Shown: one piece after another, positions 10,746 to 22,073 of the stretch
Position numbering within the stretch: the first letter of the stretch is position 1
How the letters are laid out: each line of letters starts with the position of its first letter
Source: Octopus bimaculoides
Lineage: Eukaryota
DNA length: 45,281 bases
Assembly (NCBI RefSeq): GCF_001194135.2
Contig: NC_068994.1
Span: 29,938,876-29,984,156, forward strand
Direction of reading: 5' to 3'
Program-made: the position numbers and the translations under genes
The notes under the pieces: generated by a model
The model's input: only the letters and a program-made list of their open reading frames with translations
What the model was told of the DNA's origin: nothing
The model's database searches: none

Positions 10746-11039
10746 TCATCCCATCCATTTACTGGTGCTTGTTTTATCGACCCAAGTGGGTTCTGAACTC
10801 AACATAAACGTGCGAACAAAATTAAAATAAAATTTTTAAGTTGCTTGTTTTGGAAAGTATAGATAAATTGAAGATATACTGGAAGATGAGGAAGGAAAAT
10901 GGTTGCATAGCGAGTTTTTTTTTTTTTTTACCGATTATTTATATACTTCTTTAAATAACTAAAAGATAATGAGAATTTTTAGTCCAAAAAGTGATCGAAT
11001 TAATAAGAATCGGGAAAATAAAACTAGTGAAGTATCTGT

Positions 11040-11310
11040 CGTTTATAGCCCAAGGTAATTTGTAGGACTGATCTATGATTAAAGGCATTCTAGCCACGGC
11101 CATCCCGTCTATTTTTCTTGAAGTCCATTGAGTATCTACATGGTCCAAATTGTCCAATTTTTAAGAAGGTAAGATGTGATTTGATGGATGTTTGGTTACT
11201 ATTTCTTGCAACCGGGTTGACAGTGTAAAGGCCCTTTCACTGACTCAAGATATTTAGCTGCTATTTCTAGCTAGGTGCATGGCAACGTTGAAGCTTCTCT
11301 TGTTAGCTAA
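11040..11310 (+). mobile_element. Dispersed repeat family E (unclassified; core GATTTGGCTGCTATTTCTAGC)
   Basis: Related pieces at about 3731-3770, 6170-6310, 21510-21670, 31515-31650, 35630-35720, 38510-38590 and 39920-40040. Confidence 0.55.
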
Positions 11311-11854
11311 AAATAAGTGTGTGTAAAGAGAAAGGATTCCGACGTTGGCGGTACAGCACTTCTTCGAAGAAAAGACGTAATTTATTTTAAATCTGTTTTA
11401 TCTTAAACTAACAGTTTATATCCTAAGACAAACTATCTCTAGCTGTTTAGGGATGACATAACTAGATGTGGTGTGCTTTAATAAGAATAGGGGAAAAAAT
11501 ATTGTATCAATTGTTGTTGTTGTTGGCCGTAGGTCAGCTCTGATTGAACAGGATTATTAAAATCATCCCAACATCGACGAAAAAGGCAAATTTCCTACAA
11601 TTTAGGACAACATTGGGATCTTTTTCTAATTTTTTACACCTATCAGAATTGTTTCAAATTTTCTATATTGATGTAGTTTTGCATACCGATGACGAAAATT
11701 GCATTCAGTTTCTCTAGAAACTAAAAATAGTCTCCTTCCTTTCTTTCTATGACAGTGGGATGTGACTTGAGGAAATTAGGCTTGGGTCAACTTTGCCTTT
11801 CACCCTCTACCAGTCATTGTGATCGTTTTGACATTGTTTTGATATTCCTATGAA

Positions 11855-12071
11855 GAGAAGGCGACAAGCTGGCAGAGTCGTTATCACGCCGGGCAAAATG
11901 TTTAGCAGCATTTCGTCCGTCTTTACGTTCTGAATTCAAATTCCGCTGAGATCAACTTTGCCTTTCATCCTTTGGCGGGCGATGAAATAGGTACCATTGA
12001 GCACTGGGGTCGATGTAATCGACTTAACCCCTCTCCCGAAATTTCAGGCCTTGTGCTTATTGTAGAAAGGA
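11855..12071 (+). mobile_element. SINE family B, full length, with 13-bp target-site duplication
   Basis: A-box-like TGGCAGAGTCG and B-box-like GAATTCAAATTCC. ATATTCCTATGAA lies at both 11842-11854 and 12072-12084. 13 CpGs by manual count. Confidence 0.9.
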
Positions 12072-12744
12072 ATATTCCTATGAAACATCCTTATATAATA
12101 AATATGATTATAATAGAGGACTATGTCGAAGCTCCCTTGTTCTATAGTTCATGACAGCGTTAAATAACTTTACCGTGAAACGTCATGTACTAATATTTAT
12201 CACCAAAGACTACATTAAAATTATGGGTGCCTAATGTGGCTGAACGAACAACACAACGTTCTTAAAATTTAGCCTTGATCTGACCACTTTTTCTCCATTT
12301 CAGTCTGTATATGGAATAGTAGAAGGACAGGCATGGATGTAATGTTAAGGATTTCCTTTTGCAACTGTTTGGTTTGGGTTTCGACCTTATTGTGTGGTAC
12401 CTTCGGCAAGTATCATGCAACATAGGACCAAATCCTTTTGAACGAAATTTAGTAAACAAAAACCGCGTCGGCGTTTATTGGCTGAACTATGATTGGATAA
12501 AAGGCTATCCATCAGCACTTTTAACACCGCCACCTAACATTTGGGTACCTTTGGGTGAGGGTCCACTTTGTTGCTAGTATTCAGGCTAGGTCTTTGATCT
12601 GTCCATAACTTACTTCCCGCTGGTCTTGGAGATCTTTAAAAACATTAATAGTGCTGAAAAATATGCCTCCTTCCCCTAAAAGATAAAGCTTATGCTTAAG
12701 AAAGCTATTGTTGCTGATGGTAATGATGTTGATATTAATATTGT

Positions 12745-12780
12745 TTTATTCTTTTGCTTTTCTTTTCCTGTTTCTTGCAG
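12745..12780 (+). promoter_or_regulatory. 3' splice acceptor of the ZF coding exon
   Basis: TTTTATTCTTTTGCTTTTCTTTTCCTGTTTCTTGCAG|GTG: long pyrimidine tract plus CAG, 41 nt upstream of the ATG. Implies an upstream non-coding exon. Confidence 0.75.
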
Positions 12781-12821
12781 GTGATCCAGTTTCAAGATAA
12801 TATCAAACCCTTAAAGCCATC

Positions 12822-15351
12822 ATGCAACCTGCTGCTACCAACTTAAAGGTTCCTGCGCCCGGCAGCACATTCACACATTCAAATGACTTCAAAAACAACA
12901 GTGGTGGTGAAAGTGATGATGATAGTATTGATGGCAATACTGATGGTGTTGGTAATGGCAGTGGTGGCGGNNNNNNNNNNNNNNNNNNNNNNNNNNNNNN
13001 NNNNNNNNNNNNNNNNNNNNNNNNNNNNNNNNNNNNNNNNNNNNNNNGGTGGTGGTGGTGGTGACGGTGGTGGTGGTGGTGGTGATGGTGGTAGTGGTGT
13101 TGTTGATGGTACTGGTGATAGTGTTACTGGTGGTAATGGCAGTGGTGGCGGTGATGGTGGTGGTGGTGGTGGTGGCGATGGTGGCGGTGGTGGTAGTGGT
13201 GATGGTAGTAGTGGCAATGGTAGTGGCAGTGGAGTTGGTGATGCTGCTGCTGCTACTGCTGGGCCATCTCCAACTCTCTCACCCCCTACAATTTCCAGCC
13301 CTCCTAATTTGCAACCTGGTGCACCTACTTCTCCACAGAACAGTCACTCTTCCTCATCATTATCACCTAGCAATAGAGACAGTAGCCCTAGCAGCAATCC
13401 CAAAGTCATGTACTCTATGCCATCAATGTATTCCTCAGTAGGAGCATCTATGCCAATGGGATTAAACAACAACCAACATCAGCTACTCAACAGCTTCTTC
13501 AACCAGGATTTCTACTCTGGCCAGTCTCAGTCAGGAGCCACATGTTCTTCCACTTCCTCTATGCTTGGTTTACCAACAAGCATGATCTATCCATCTGAAC
13601 ACTACACTAAATGTTATCGTCGGAGTTTCAATGAACGGAAGCCTTATAAATGTGAAGTTTGTCGGAAAGGTTTCTCACGAAGAGTAAACCTAAACAATCA
13701 CGAAAAAGCCCCAACAGGGGAAAAGCACTTTTACTGTGAATATTGTAAAAAAGCATTTGCACAGAGGGCTCACTTAAAAACTCATGAATTAACCCATACT
13801 GGAATTAAACCTTACACCTGTTCATATTGTGGCAAGATGTTTGCACAGAGAGCCAACTTTGATAACCATCGGAGAATACACACAGGAGAAAAACCATATC
13901 ACTGTAATTTCTGTGAGAAGTCTTTCTCACAGCAAACCAACCTAGACAACCATGAACGAACACACACAGGATTGAAACCTTACCGCTGTGAATTCTGCTC
14001 CAAATCTTTTTCTCAACGTACTAACTTAGATAACCACAAACGTATCCATACCGGTGATTTGTTTCGTTGCTCATTTTGTTCAAAACCTTTTACACAACAG
14101 ATAAATCTACGTAACCATGAACGCATTCATACCGGCGAGCGACCATATGCATGTTCTTACTGCCCCAAAGCATTCTGCCAACAAACAGAACTTAAGAACC
14201 ATGAACGCACACACACAGGAGAGAAACCATTTATCTGCTCTATTTGTATGAAAGCATTTAGTCAGCAAGGTAATCTGAAAATACATATGCGAATACACAC
14301 AGGAGAAAAGCCATTTGTGTGTGATATCTGCTCCAAAGCATTTAGCCAGCGTACTAATCTGGACAATCATAGACGTATTCACACAGGAGATATGTTTAGA
14401 TGTAGCTTCTGCTCAAAAGAGTTCAGCCAACGTGTTAACTTGCGTAATCATGAACGCATACACACAGGAGAGAAGCCATTTAATTGCTCTGTTTGTTCAA
14501 AGTCATTTAGCCAACAGGGAAATCTCAAGAACCACTTGAGGACGCACTCTGGTGAGAAACCTTACAGCTGTGAACTGTGTGGGAAATGTTTTGCTCAGCG
14601 GACCACATTAGATAATCATTTACGAAGTCATGCCCTTGCTGCAGCAAAGCAACAAGCTGCTAGAGCTGTTCCAAACAATTCACTTGTAACAAATACTACC
14701 AATCCTATCAACAACAACAACAGCAGTAGTAGTGGTGGTGTTGGGGTTGGGGTTGGGGTTGGTGTTGGTGTTGGTACCAATAATGCCAGTAATAACAACA
14801 ACAGTAGTAATACCACCAACCACAGTCGTTCTAATGCAAACCATCCCCATAGCAACCATGGTCCTCCAGATAACCAAGCTTTTAACAAGTCCTTCAACTG
14901 TGATATCATTGTTCCAACACCTCCTATATCTAACCGGGGTCTGTCTGGGATGGGCGAAAACTCCAACTACAACCACAGCACAGGGGGAAATCATAATAAA
15001 AACAGCCTTAAGAGTTCCGACACCAACCAATCACAACCATTGAGCCATCCTCATCACCAATACTCCTCTCCCCACTTCCTCTCACACTCCACACACCCAC
15101 TGCGTTCACATATAGACGATGACCGCAATCTGCGGGAGTCACAAACAGGGGGATTCCGGCTGCAGCCACCTGCTGTGTCCTCCTCGTGGCTAAACTCTGC
15201 CTACTTGCAGGAGATGCCTGCAAGCTGGGAAAGTAACTACTTGTGGTCAAGAGGTTTTCCTATTGCCCCAATATCATCCAGTGGATGGAATAATGTCACA
15301 GCTGGCCTCTCATGTGGGAGAAAACTGAACAGATCCAGAGATCTTTGCTGA
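12822..15351 (+). CDS. Multi-C2H2 zinc-finger protein (12 fingers), probable transcription factor; CDS spans an N-gap
   Basis: ATG 12822 in GCCATCATG context with an in-frame TAA at 12798. MQPAATNLKV...GNGSGG leads into the gap (12971-13047) and resumes as poly-Gly in the frame of ORF 12883-15351. C-x2-C-x12-H-x3-H repeats with TGEKP-type linkers; TGA at 15349-15351. No KRAB, BTB, SCAN or ZAD domain recognised. Confidence 0.92.
13645..14631 (+). other. Tandem C2H2 array, fingers 1-12 (finger 1 lacks its last His)
   Basis: Helices (-1..+6): RRVNLNN, QRAHLKT, QRANFDN, QQTNLDN, QRTNLDN, QQINLRN, QQTELKN, QQGNLKI, QRTNLDN, QRVNLRN, QQGNLKN, QRTTLDN. Confidence 0.95.
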
Positions 15352-16908
15352 TCCATGTCATCCATTGTGAAGTGTCCATGTTAGAGATGGTGATGGTATC
15401 TAACAGATTTTTGTGGCATTTGTCAACCCTTGTCTTATTTTCATACACATGCATACACATCTACTTACAAATACATGCATGTATAAATATATATTCATTC
15501 ATACTCACTCACATGCATGTATGTAAATATACATAGACACACATATCAGTACATACACACATCCACACATGTACAATCAATGCATACATACATTAGAACA
15601 TATACTTATTGATTCATCCACACTGATCAGTACACTATATACACACGCATATGCACGCACGCACACATACACACACACACACACATATTCATTCACATGC
15701 TCCAATACACACATATTATATACATTTATTTTATGAGTGCATTTGTCTTGCAATATGTATACATACACACAAGTATGCACTTAGTGATGTTTTGAGCTGT
15801 CCATTCTTATTTGTTTAACATATATATATGTATGTGTGTGTGTGCGTGTATGTATGTATGTATGTATGTATGTACAGCACTCACACTCTTCAAGACCTTC
15901 ACTCTTTCTCTCTCTCCTGCCACCTGGACCACCAGTAACTAACCCTTCCAATTAGATGTTCAGCCCTCCATTGTTGGTTGCAACATACCTGTATCATCAC
16001 AGATCTGTGAAGTCCTTCTTTTAGGCAGTCTACCATGCTGTTGGGAGTTAGGAACTTGTAGCTCAATACCAGCACTACATAGTGCAATCTTCTAATTACC
16101 TGGGTAATACTGTATGTCATTTGAAGAACCTGTTTCATGGAATTATTTCGATGCCTGTCTTATAATGGTATCCCTATGACAGGCTGCAAACCCAGCATTT
16201 CAAAAACTTCATGTCTGCTTTTATCTTCATAAGTTTAGGTTCACATTTCTGAGGTGTAAGTTGCAATTGATAAAAAGTATATATGCATATATATATAAAT
16301 GGGGGGGGGGGAGAGAAAGAGAGAGAGTTTGTATTTATCCATTTGTTTAACATCCATTTCTCCATACTAGCATGAGCTGGACAAATACATACAACTGAGG
16401 CATTTTTTCATCAGTAGATGCCATTCCTATCACTATTCTTTATCAGTTTTGAAGCAAGGGATTTTTTATTCCACACATCTTTGAAAGGAAAGAGCTAGCA
16501 AATGATTTGTTGACTGGGAGTGCCAAGAAAACACCATTTTTGGCTCAAAATTTTTCATGTGAAAGAAGGAATCCAAGCATTCACACTGACATAAACACAC
16601 ACATTTCAAACATGTGGGTATGTGTATGTGAATGTATGTATATGCATATAAATACATACATACATACATACATATATAACAATATAGCTACCATTTACCA
16701 ATTTCACTCTTAGGGCATTGATTGGCCTGAGGCTACTGTAGAAGTTACTTGCCCTAATTTGGTATGCATTAAGATAGAAATCAAGAATACATAGTAACAA
16801 AGTGAACCCTCTATTCACTGATGAATGTTGTCTCTGATGAGTTCATCAGCAATGTAACAGCACTAGCCCTGTAAGAGTTTTGTTTTTAAATATATTATAT
16901 ATATAAAC

Positions 16909-16944
<36 letters not shown>

Positions 16945-17439
16945 TACTCACCCACCCCTCACACACACATATTCTCTCACACAAACACACATATGTTCAT
17001 GTACACACAACTTACATCTCTGAAACCTGAATGTGTGTAGATATATTTAAATATTTCACTATTGTAAATAACATGATATTGGTCAGTTGCTGCTTCAGCA
17101 CCAATTCTAATTACTCAACAACAAACATAGACCAATTCCTAACAAACTGTCACATTAGTTGGGGCCTGATCTCAGCTAATATTTAGAAGTGTTTAGATCA
17201 TTCATAATTATGAAATAGATATTATGGGTAACTCTTAGACTGTGGATTCACAGATGAAATGATTTGCAGTATTTAGTTCCATTTCTTTACATTCTGTATT
17301 CAAATAACACCATCCTTCTGGGGCCAATATTATTAAAATACTAGCCTATTATTAGAGTCCAGTATTATTGACTTTACCCCTCCCCTGCAAATTTGAGGTC
17401 TTAGAAATCATAATCATTATTATCTTTCATTTTTTCCTT

Positions 17440-17615
17440 ATTTCAGTCATTGAACTGTGACCATGCTGGGGCACTGCCTTGAAGAGTTTTAGCAAATTGA
17501 TCCAAGTACTTAATGATTTTCCCCATAAGTCTGGTAGTTATTCTATCAGTCTCATTTTTGCTAAATAGCTAAGTTACAGGAACATAAATATATCAACAGC
17601 AGTTGTCAAGCAGTG
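17440..17615 (-). mobile_element. SINE family A, 3' half, decayed
   Basis: TTTCAGTCATT..CCATGCTGGGGCACTGCC..GTTGTCAAGC is the reverse complement of the 3' half of 855-1250. Confidence 0.7.
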
Positions 17616-17647
17616 TGTAAGATGAGAAACACAGACACACTGACATT

Positions 17648-17678
<31 letters not shown>

Positions 17679-17683
17679 ATATA

Positions 17684-17786
17684 NNNNNNNNNNNNNNNNN
17701 NNNNNNNNNNNNNNNNNNNNNNNNNNNNNNNNNNNNNNNNNNNNNNNNNNNNNNNNNNNNNNNNNNNNNNNNNNNNNNNNNNNNNN
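17684..17786. other. Assembly gap (103 N)
   Basis: N run; followed by a + strand family A 3' end (17787-17840). Confidence 1.
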
Positions 17787-17864
17787 AGGCAGTGTTCCAG
17801 CATGGCCACAGTCAAATGATGAAATAGATAAAAGAATTAAAGAAATATATATATATATATATGA

Positions 17865-18012
17865 ATGTGTGACAATCTATCAAATTCACTTACAAAGCAA
17901 TGGTCAATCTGAAGTTATAATAGAAAACACTTGCCCAAAGTGCTGCGCTTTGGAACTGAATCCCAAACCATGTGATTGCAAAGTTAGCTTCTTAACCATA
18001 TAATCATGCCTG
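17865..18012 (-). mobile_element. SINE family A, 5' part, decayed
   Basis: AACACTTGCCCAAAGTGC..GAACTGAATCCCAAACCATGTG matches the family A head. Confidence 0.65.
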
Positions 18013-18605
18013 AGAAATTCTCTCACTCAGTTCCTTTTGTTTTTTTCTATCTTTCTAGCATCTGTTGTATTCATTTTACATATGATATCCATTTTTGTCC
18101 CCTGTGTAGTTAGATTGCTTTTTCTTATTGTTGACCACTCAAAAATGAAAGTAGAATCTATCATCAGTCAGGTAAATAGAACTAAGTTGTCCTTGCTTGG
18201 GTACATAACACAAGAGGTTGTATCATCTATGGAACTTATGAACCATATGAACATGCATATGCACACACATACACATATATGGTCATTAGTTTACTGCCAC
18301 TTCTAAATATATGTGTGTGTGTGTATCAATGATAAATATATACATATATTAATATACGGTCATCATATATATTTAGGTGTTTGTGCATGTGTGTTTGCAC
18401 ATCTGCAAATATTGGCTATCAATTCTATATCCATAGATGAAAATTAGCCATACAAGCTGAAATTCTGAGTTGGGTTGATTAGTCGCAAATTAAGAATAAA
18501 TTAAAGCAAAGAACTGGAGTTTATGGGATTATCTTCAATTCTTTCATTACAATTATTTCCATACAACATGGAAAATACATTTCATGAATATTGATATTAA
18601 TATAT

Positions 18606-19048
18606 AAGGTGGTGTGCTTGGTAGAGTTGTTAGCTTTGCCAGGCAAAATGCTCAGCAGAATTTCGTCTGTCTTTACATTCCCAGTTCAAATTCTGGTAAG
18701 GTTGACTTTACCTTTCATCCTTTTGGAATCAATAAAATAAGTACCAATTGAGCAGTGGTGTCAATCTAATCGACCTATCCCTCCCCCAAAATTGCTGGCC
18801 TTGTGCCAAAACTTGAAAGCAATGTGAATATATACAGCAGTAAGCTGGTGGAATCATTAGCATGCTGGGTAAAATGCTTAGTGGAATTTCATTATCTTTA
18901 CATTCTGAGTTCACATTCTGCCAAGGACGACTTCACCTTTCATCCTTTTGGGGGTCAATAAAATAAGTACCAGCTGAGCACACTGGAGTTGATGTATTCA
19001 ACTTAACCTCTCCCCAAAATTGCTGGCCTTGTATCAAAATTTGAAACC
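18606..19048 (+). mobile_element. Two head-to-tail SINE family B copies
   Basis: Copies at 18606-18820 and 18835-19048, both ending GCTGGCCTTGT..AAAA(C/T)TTGAAA. Confidence 0.85.
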
Positions 19049-19112
19049 AGTATTAATTTGAATATAATGAATTCATAACATTATTATAATGTATGTGTAT
19101 GTATATATATAT

Positions 19113-19487
19113 GGAGGCGCAATGGCCCAGTGGTTAGAGCAGTGGACTCGCAGTCATAGGATCACGGTTTCGATTCCCAGACTGGGCATTGTGAGTGCTT
19201 ATTGAGTGAAAACACCTAAAGCTCCACGAGGCTCCGGCAGGAGATGGTGGTGAACCCTGCTGTACTCTTTCACCACAACTTTCTCTCACTCTTACTTCCT
19301 GTTTCTGTTGTGCCTGTAATTCAAAGGATCAGCCTTGTCACACTGTGTCATGCTGAATATCCCAGAGAACTACGGTAAGGGTACACGTGTCTGTGGAGTG
19401 CTCAGCCACTTGCACATTAATTTCACAAGCAGGTTGTTCCGTTGATCAGATCAATTGGAACCCTCGTCGTCATAAGCGACGGATTGC

Positions 19488-19494
<7 letters not shown>
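19113..19494 (+). mobile_element. tRNA-derived SINE, family C, full length, inserted in (TA)n
   Basis: A box TGGCCCAGTGG 19123-19133, B box GGTTTCGATTCC 19166-19177, about 300-nt body, terminal stem-loop CGTCG-tcataag-CGACG and (CAA) tail. Confidence 0.8.
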
Positions 19495-19537
<43 letters not shown>

Positions 19538-19559
19538 TGTGTGTGAAAAAAGGTCATAA

Positions 19560-19757
19560 GGCCAGTTTCCCAGATTCTATAACATAGCATGGCATATATA
19601 TTGCAGGATTACTCATTTTTGCCAGCTGAATGGACAGGAGCAACATGAAATGAAGTATTTTGCACAAGAATACAATGCATTGTCCAGTCCAGGAATTGAA
19701 ACCACAATCTTATGATCCTGAGGGCAATATCTTAACCACTAAACCATATGCCTCTAC
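19560..19757 (-). mobile_element. tRNA-head SINE, family D
   Basis: Core TGGAC(A/T)GGAGCAAC(A/T)TGAAATGAAGT shared with 32625-32833; related to 37718-37997. Confidence 0.65.
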
Positions 19758-19951
19758 ATATACTATATATATATAATAATATATGTACTTTTATCTATGT
19801 AAACCATGTGCATCTCTTCAGACTTAATTTCAAAAGTAACATTATTTTGGAAACTTAGTCTGAAGAAATGGTTTATATAAAAAAAATATATGTTTATTAT
19901 GATATTATAAATTCGTTATATTCATATTGATATTAATATTTCTGTTCATGA

Positions 19952-20162
19952 GAAGGCAGTGAGCTGGCAGAATCTTTAGCATGCAGGGCAAAATGCTTAG
20001 TGACATTTCATCTGTCATAATGTTCTGAGTTCAAATTTCACTGAGGTCAACTTTCCTTTTCATCCATTCAGAGCTGATAAAATTGGAACCAGCATTGGGG
20101 GTCAATGTAATATAATTGACTTACCCCACTCTCCTGAACTTGCTGTTTCCAAATCTGAAATC
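19952..20162 (+). mobile_element. SINE family B with 17-bp TSD (1 mismatch)
   Basis: AATATTTCTGTTCATGA 19935-19951 and AATATTTCTCTTCATGA 20163-20179. No CpG left. Confidence 0.85.
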
Positions 20163-20663
20163 AATATTTCTCTTCATGAAATGTATTTCTCATGTTGTAT
20201 GGAAACAACCGTAACTAAAGATAATACCATAAATTCCACTTTTTCATTTAATATGTGTGTGCATGGTCATTTGTTCATCATCATTTAAGCTTAATCAAAT
20301 CTTAATTACTAAACTTAAACAAGAGTAAATATGTTTGTGGTCTATATTAGTGATTTGATTCTGTATATAACAAAAGTTGCAATATTTTTATAGTATTGAG
20401 TGAGAACTGCTGATATTCTTTAACTGTCATTATATAATATCACCTCCTTCTCCCTTTATTCTTTGTTTGATGATCTCTTTGATATGGTATTGCTACACAC
20501 TGATTGTAAATGGAATATTACTGCCCTCTGCCAATCTTCCTTTGAAAGGATAATCTACCCTCAGTATATTTCTTGAATGTGCATTATTCTCATAAAGATG
20601 ATCCTCAGTCTATAATATTATATATATGTATCATCACTAATATATAATATTATATATATTTGT

Positions 20664-20984
20664 AAGGTGGTGAGCTGGCAGAATCATTAGCAGGCTGGCT
20701 GAAATGCTTAGCTGCATTTCATCCTTCTTCATGTCCTGAGTTCAAATTCTGCCAAGGTGAACTTTGCCTTTCATCCTTTCAGGGTCAATAAAATAAGTAC
20801 CAGTTGCATACTGGGGTCGATCTAATTGACTCTGATCTCCCCACCCCCACCCACAAAAAAAAAAAATTTGAGCCTTGTGCCTAGTGTAGAAAAGAATAAA
20901 ATAAGTACCAGTTGAGTACTAGTGTCAATGTAATCGACTTACCCTTCCTCCAAAATTGCTGGCCTTCTGCCAAAATTTGAAGCC
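20664..20984 (+). mobile_element. SINE family B plus a second 3' half
   Basis: Full copy followed by a repeated AAAATAAGTACCAGTTG..TTTGAAGCC segment. Confidence 0.8.
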
Positions 20985-21199
20985 AATGTGTATATTTGTC
21001 ATCACTAATATACAATATTATATTAAAGTGTCATCAGTTGTATATAATCTAGAGAGTCACTGCCACCACACATTTCCTCACTGGAAAATAATTGTGATTT
21101 CATAAGGTAATTCCACTCACCATTTTGTATATATTTAGTGAAATCTGACTCCTTTCTTTAAGAGGACATTTACATGTCTTTCAGCTGTCACCGGTGATA

Positions 21200-21247
<48 letters not shown>

Positions 21248-21438
21248 CGTTCCCTCTTTGTCTCTCTCTCTATTTTTCTATCTATCTATCTTTCCTTAGT
21301 CAATGTTCTCCATACACAAAATAAAGTTTGCAGTCATGCATATCCTCACCCATATATGCCTATACATCACACACACACATGCATTTTTGTAGTACGACAA
21401 AATTGCTCAATATACATACATACATATATGTATGTGTG

Positions 21439-21507
<69 letters not shown>

Positions 21508-22073
21508 GAGGGAGCCCCTTTGTGGTACTTAGTCTGTTAGAAATAACAGCCAAATTCCCCCCAATCACACTATTGTCATTGGACAACATGGTCTCTGATT
21601 TGCAAAAAGGTACCAATCTCATGCCTAGAACATCCTTGATCATAGGTCTACTGAATCAGAGCAGACAAAACAAACAAATGTAGAACATCAATGGTGTGTA
21701 ACACTACACAAGTCTTGTGATGTTACTTAGCTATATGTAACACAACAAGATCCTTTTTACATGCATACACACACACATAAACATAAGAGCATATAGAAAT
21801 ACATATGTATACCTATATATATACTAATCAAAGTGTACAGTATTATATGCCCACTACAGCCAATCTTCCAAATCAGTTTTGCACTAGGGGTTCAACAGTG
21901 TTTGGTAACAGCCCAATTATGTAACCCTGTGCTCTTCAGAGATGGTAGTTATATATATATATTTGCACATTCACACATGTATGTACATACACACATACAA
22001 GCATATACATACACATACATTCATCTTTTTTGGTCAACTGTACTACATGCCCTTTTTATATGTTTCACTCTTT

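Noticed and set aside
11161-11175. Perfect splice donor AAG|GTAAGA as the end of the ZF upstream exon
   Set aside because: It lies inside a family E repeat copy, so the motif probably comes with the repeat; cannot be supported without RNA data.
12883-12970. N-terminus MTSKTTVVVKVMMIVLMAILMVLVMAVVA of the 822-aa ORF as a signal or transmembrane segment
   Set aside because: Off-frame reading of GGT/GAT repeats before an N-gap; the frame from ATG 12822 fits the splice site, start context and post-gap poly-Gly.
14737-14775. (GGGGTT)3 telomere-like or G-quadruplex motif
   Set aside because: It encodes a (Gly-Val)6 repeat in frame, has only three G4 runs, and is not the TTAGGG repeat expected in molluscs.
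13049-15250. Overlapping shadow ORFs on other frames and strands within the ZF CDS
   Set aside because: By-products of low-complexity codon repeats; no domain content.
19113-19190. tRNA gene
   Set aside because: A and B boxes are present but the cloverleaf is poorly paired, and the sequence continues into a ~300-nt body and tail with no immediate T-run terminator. It is a SINE head.
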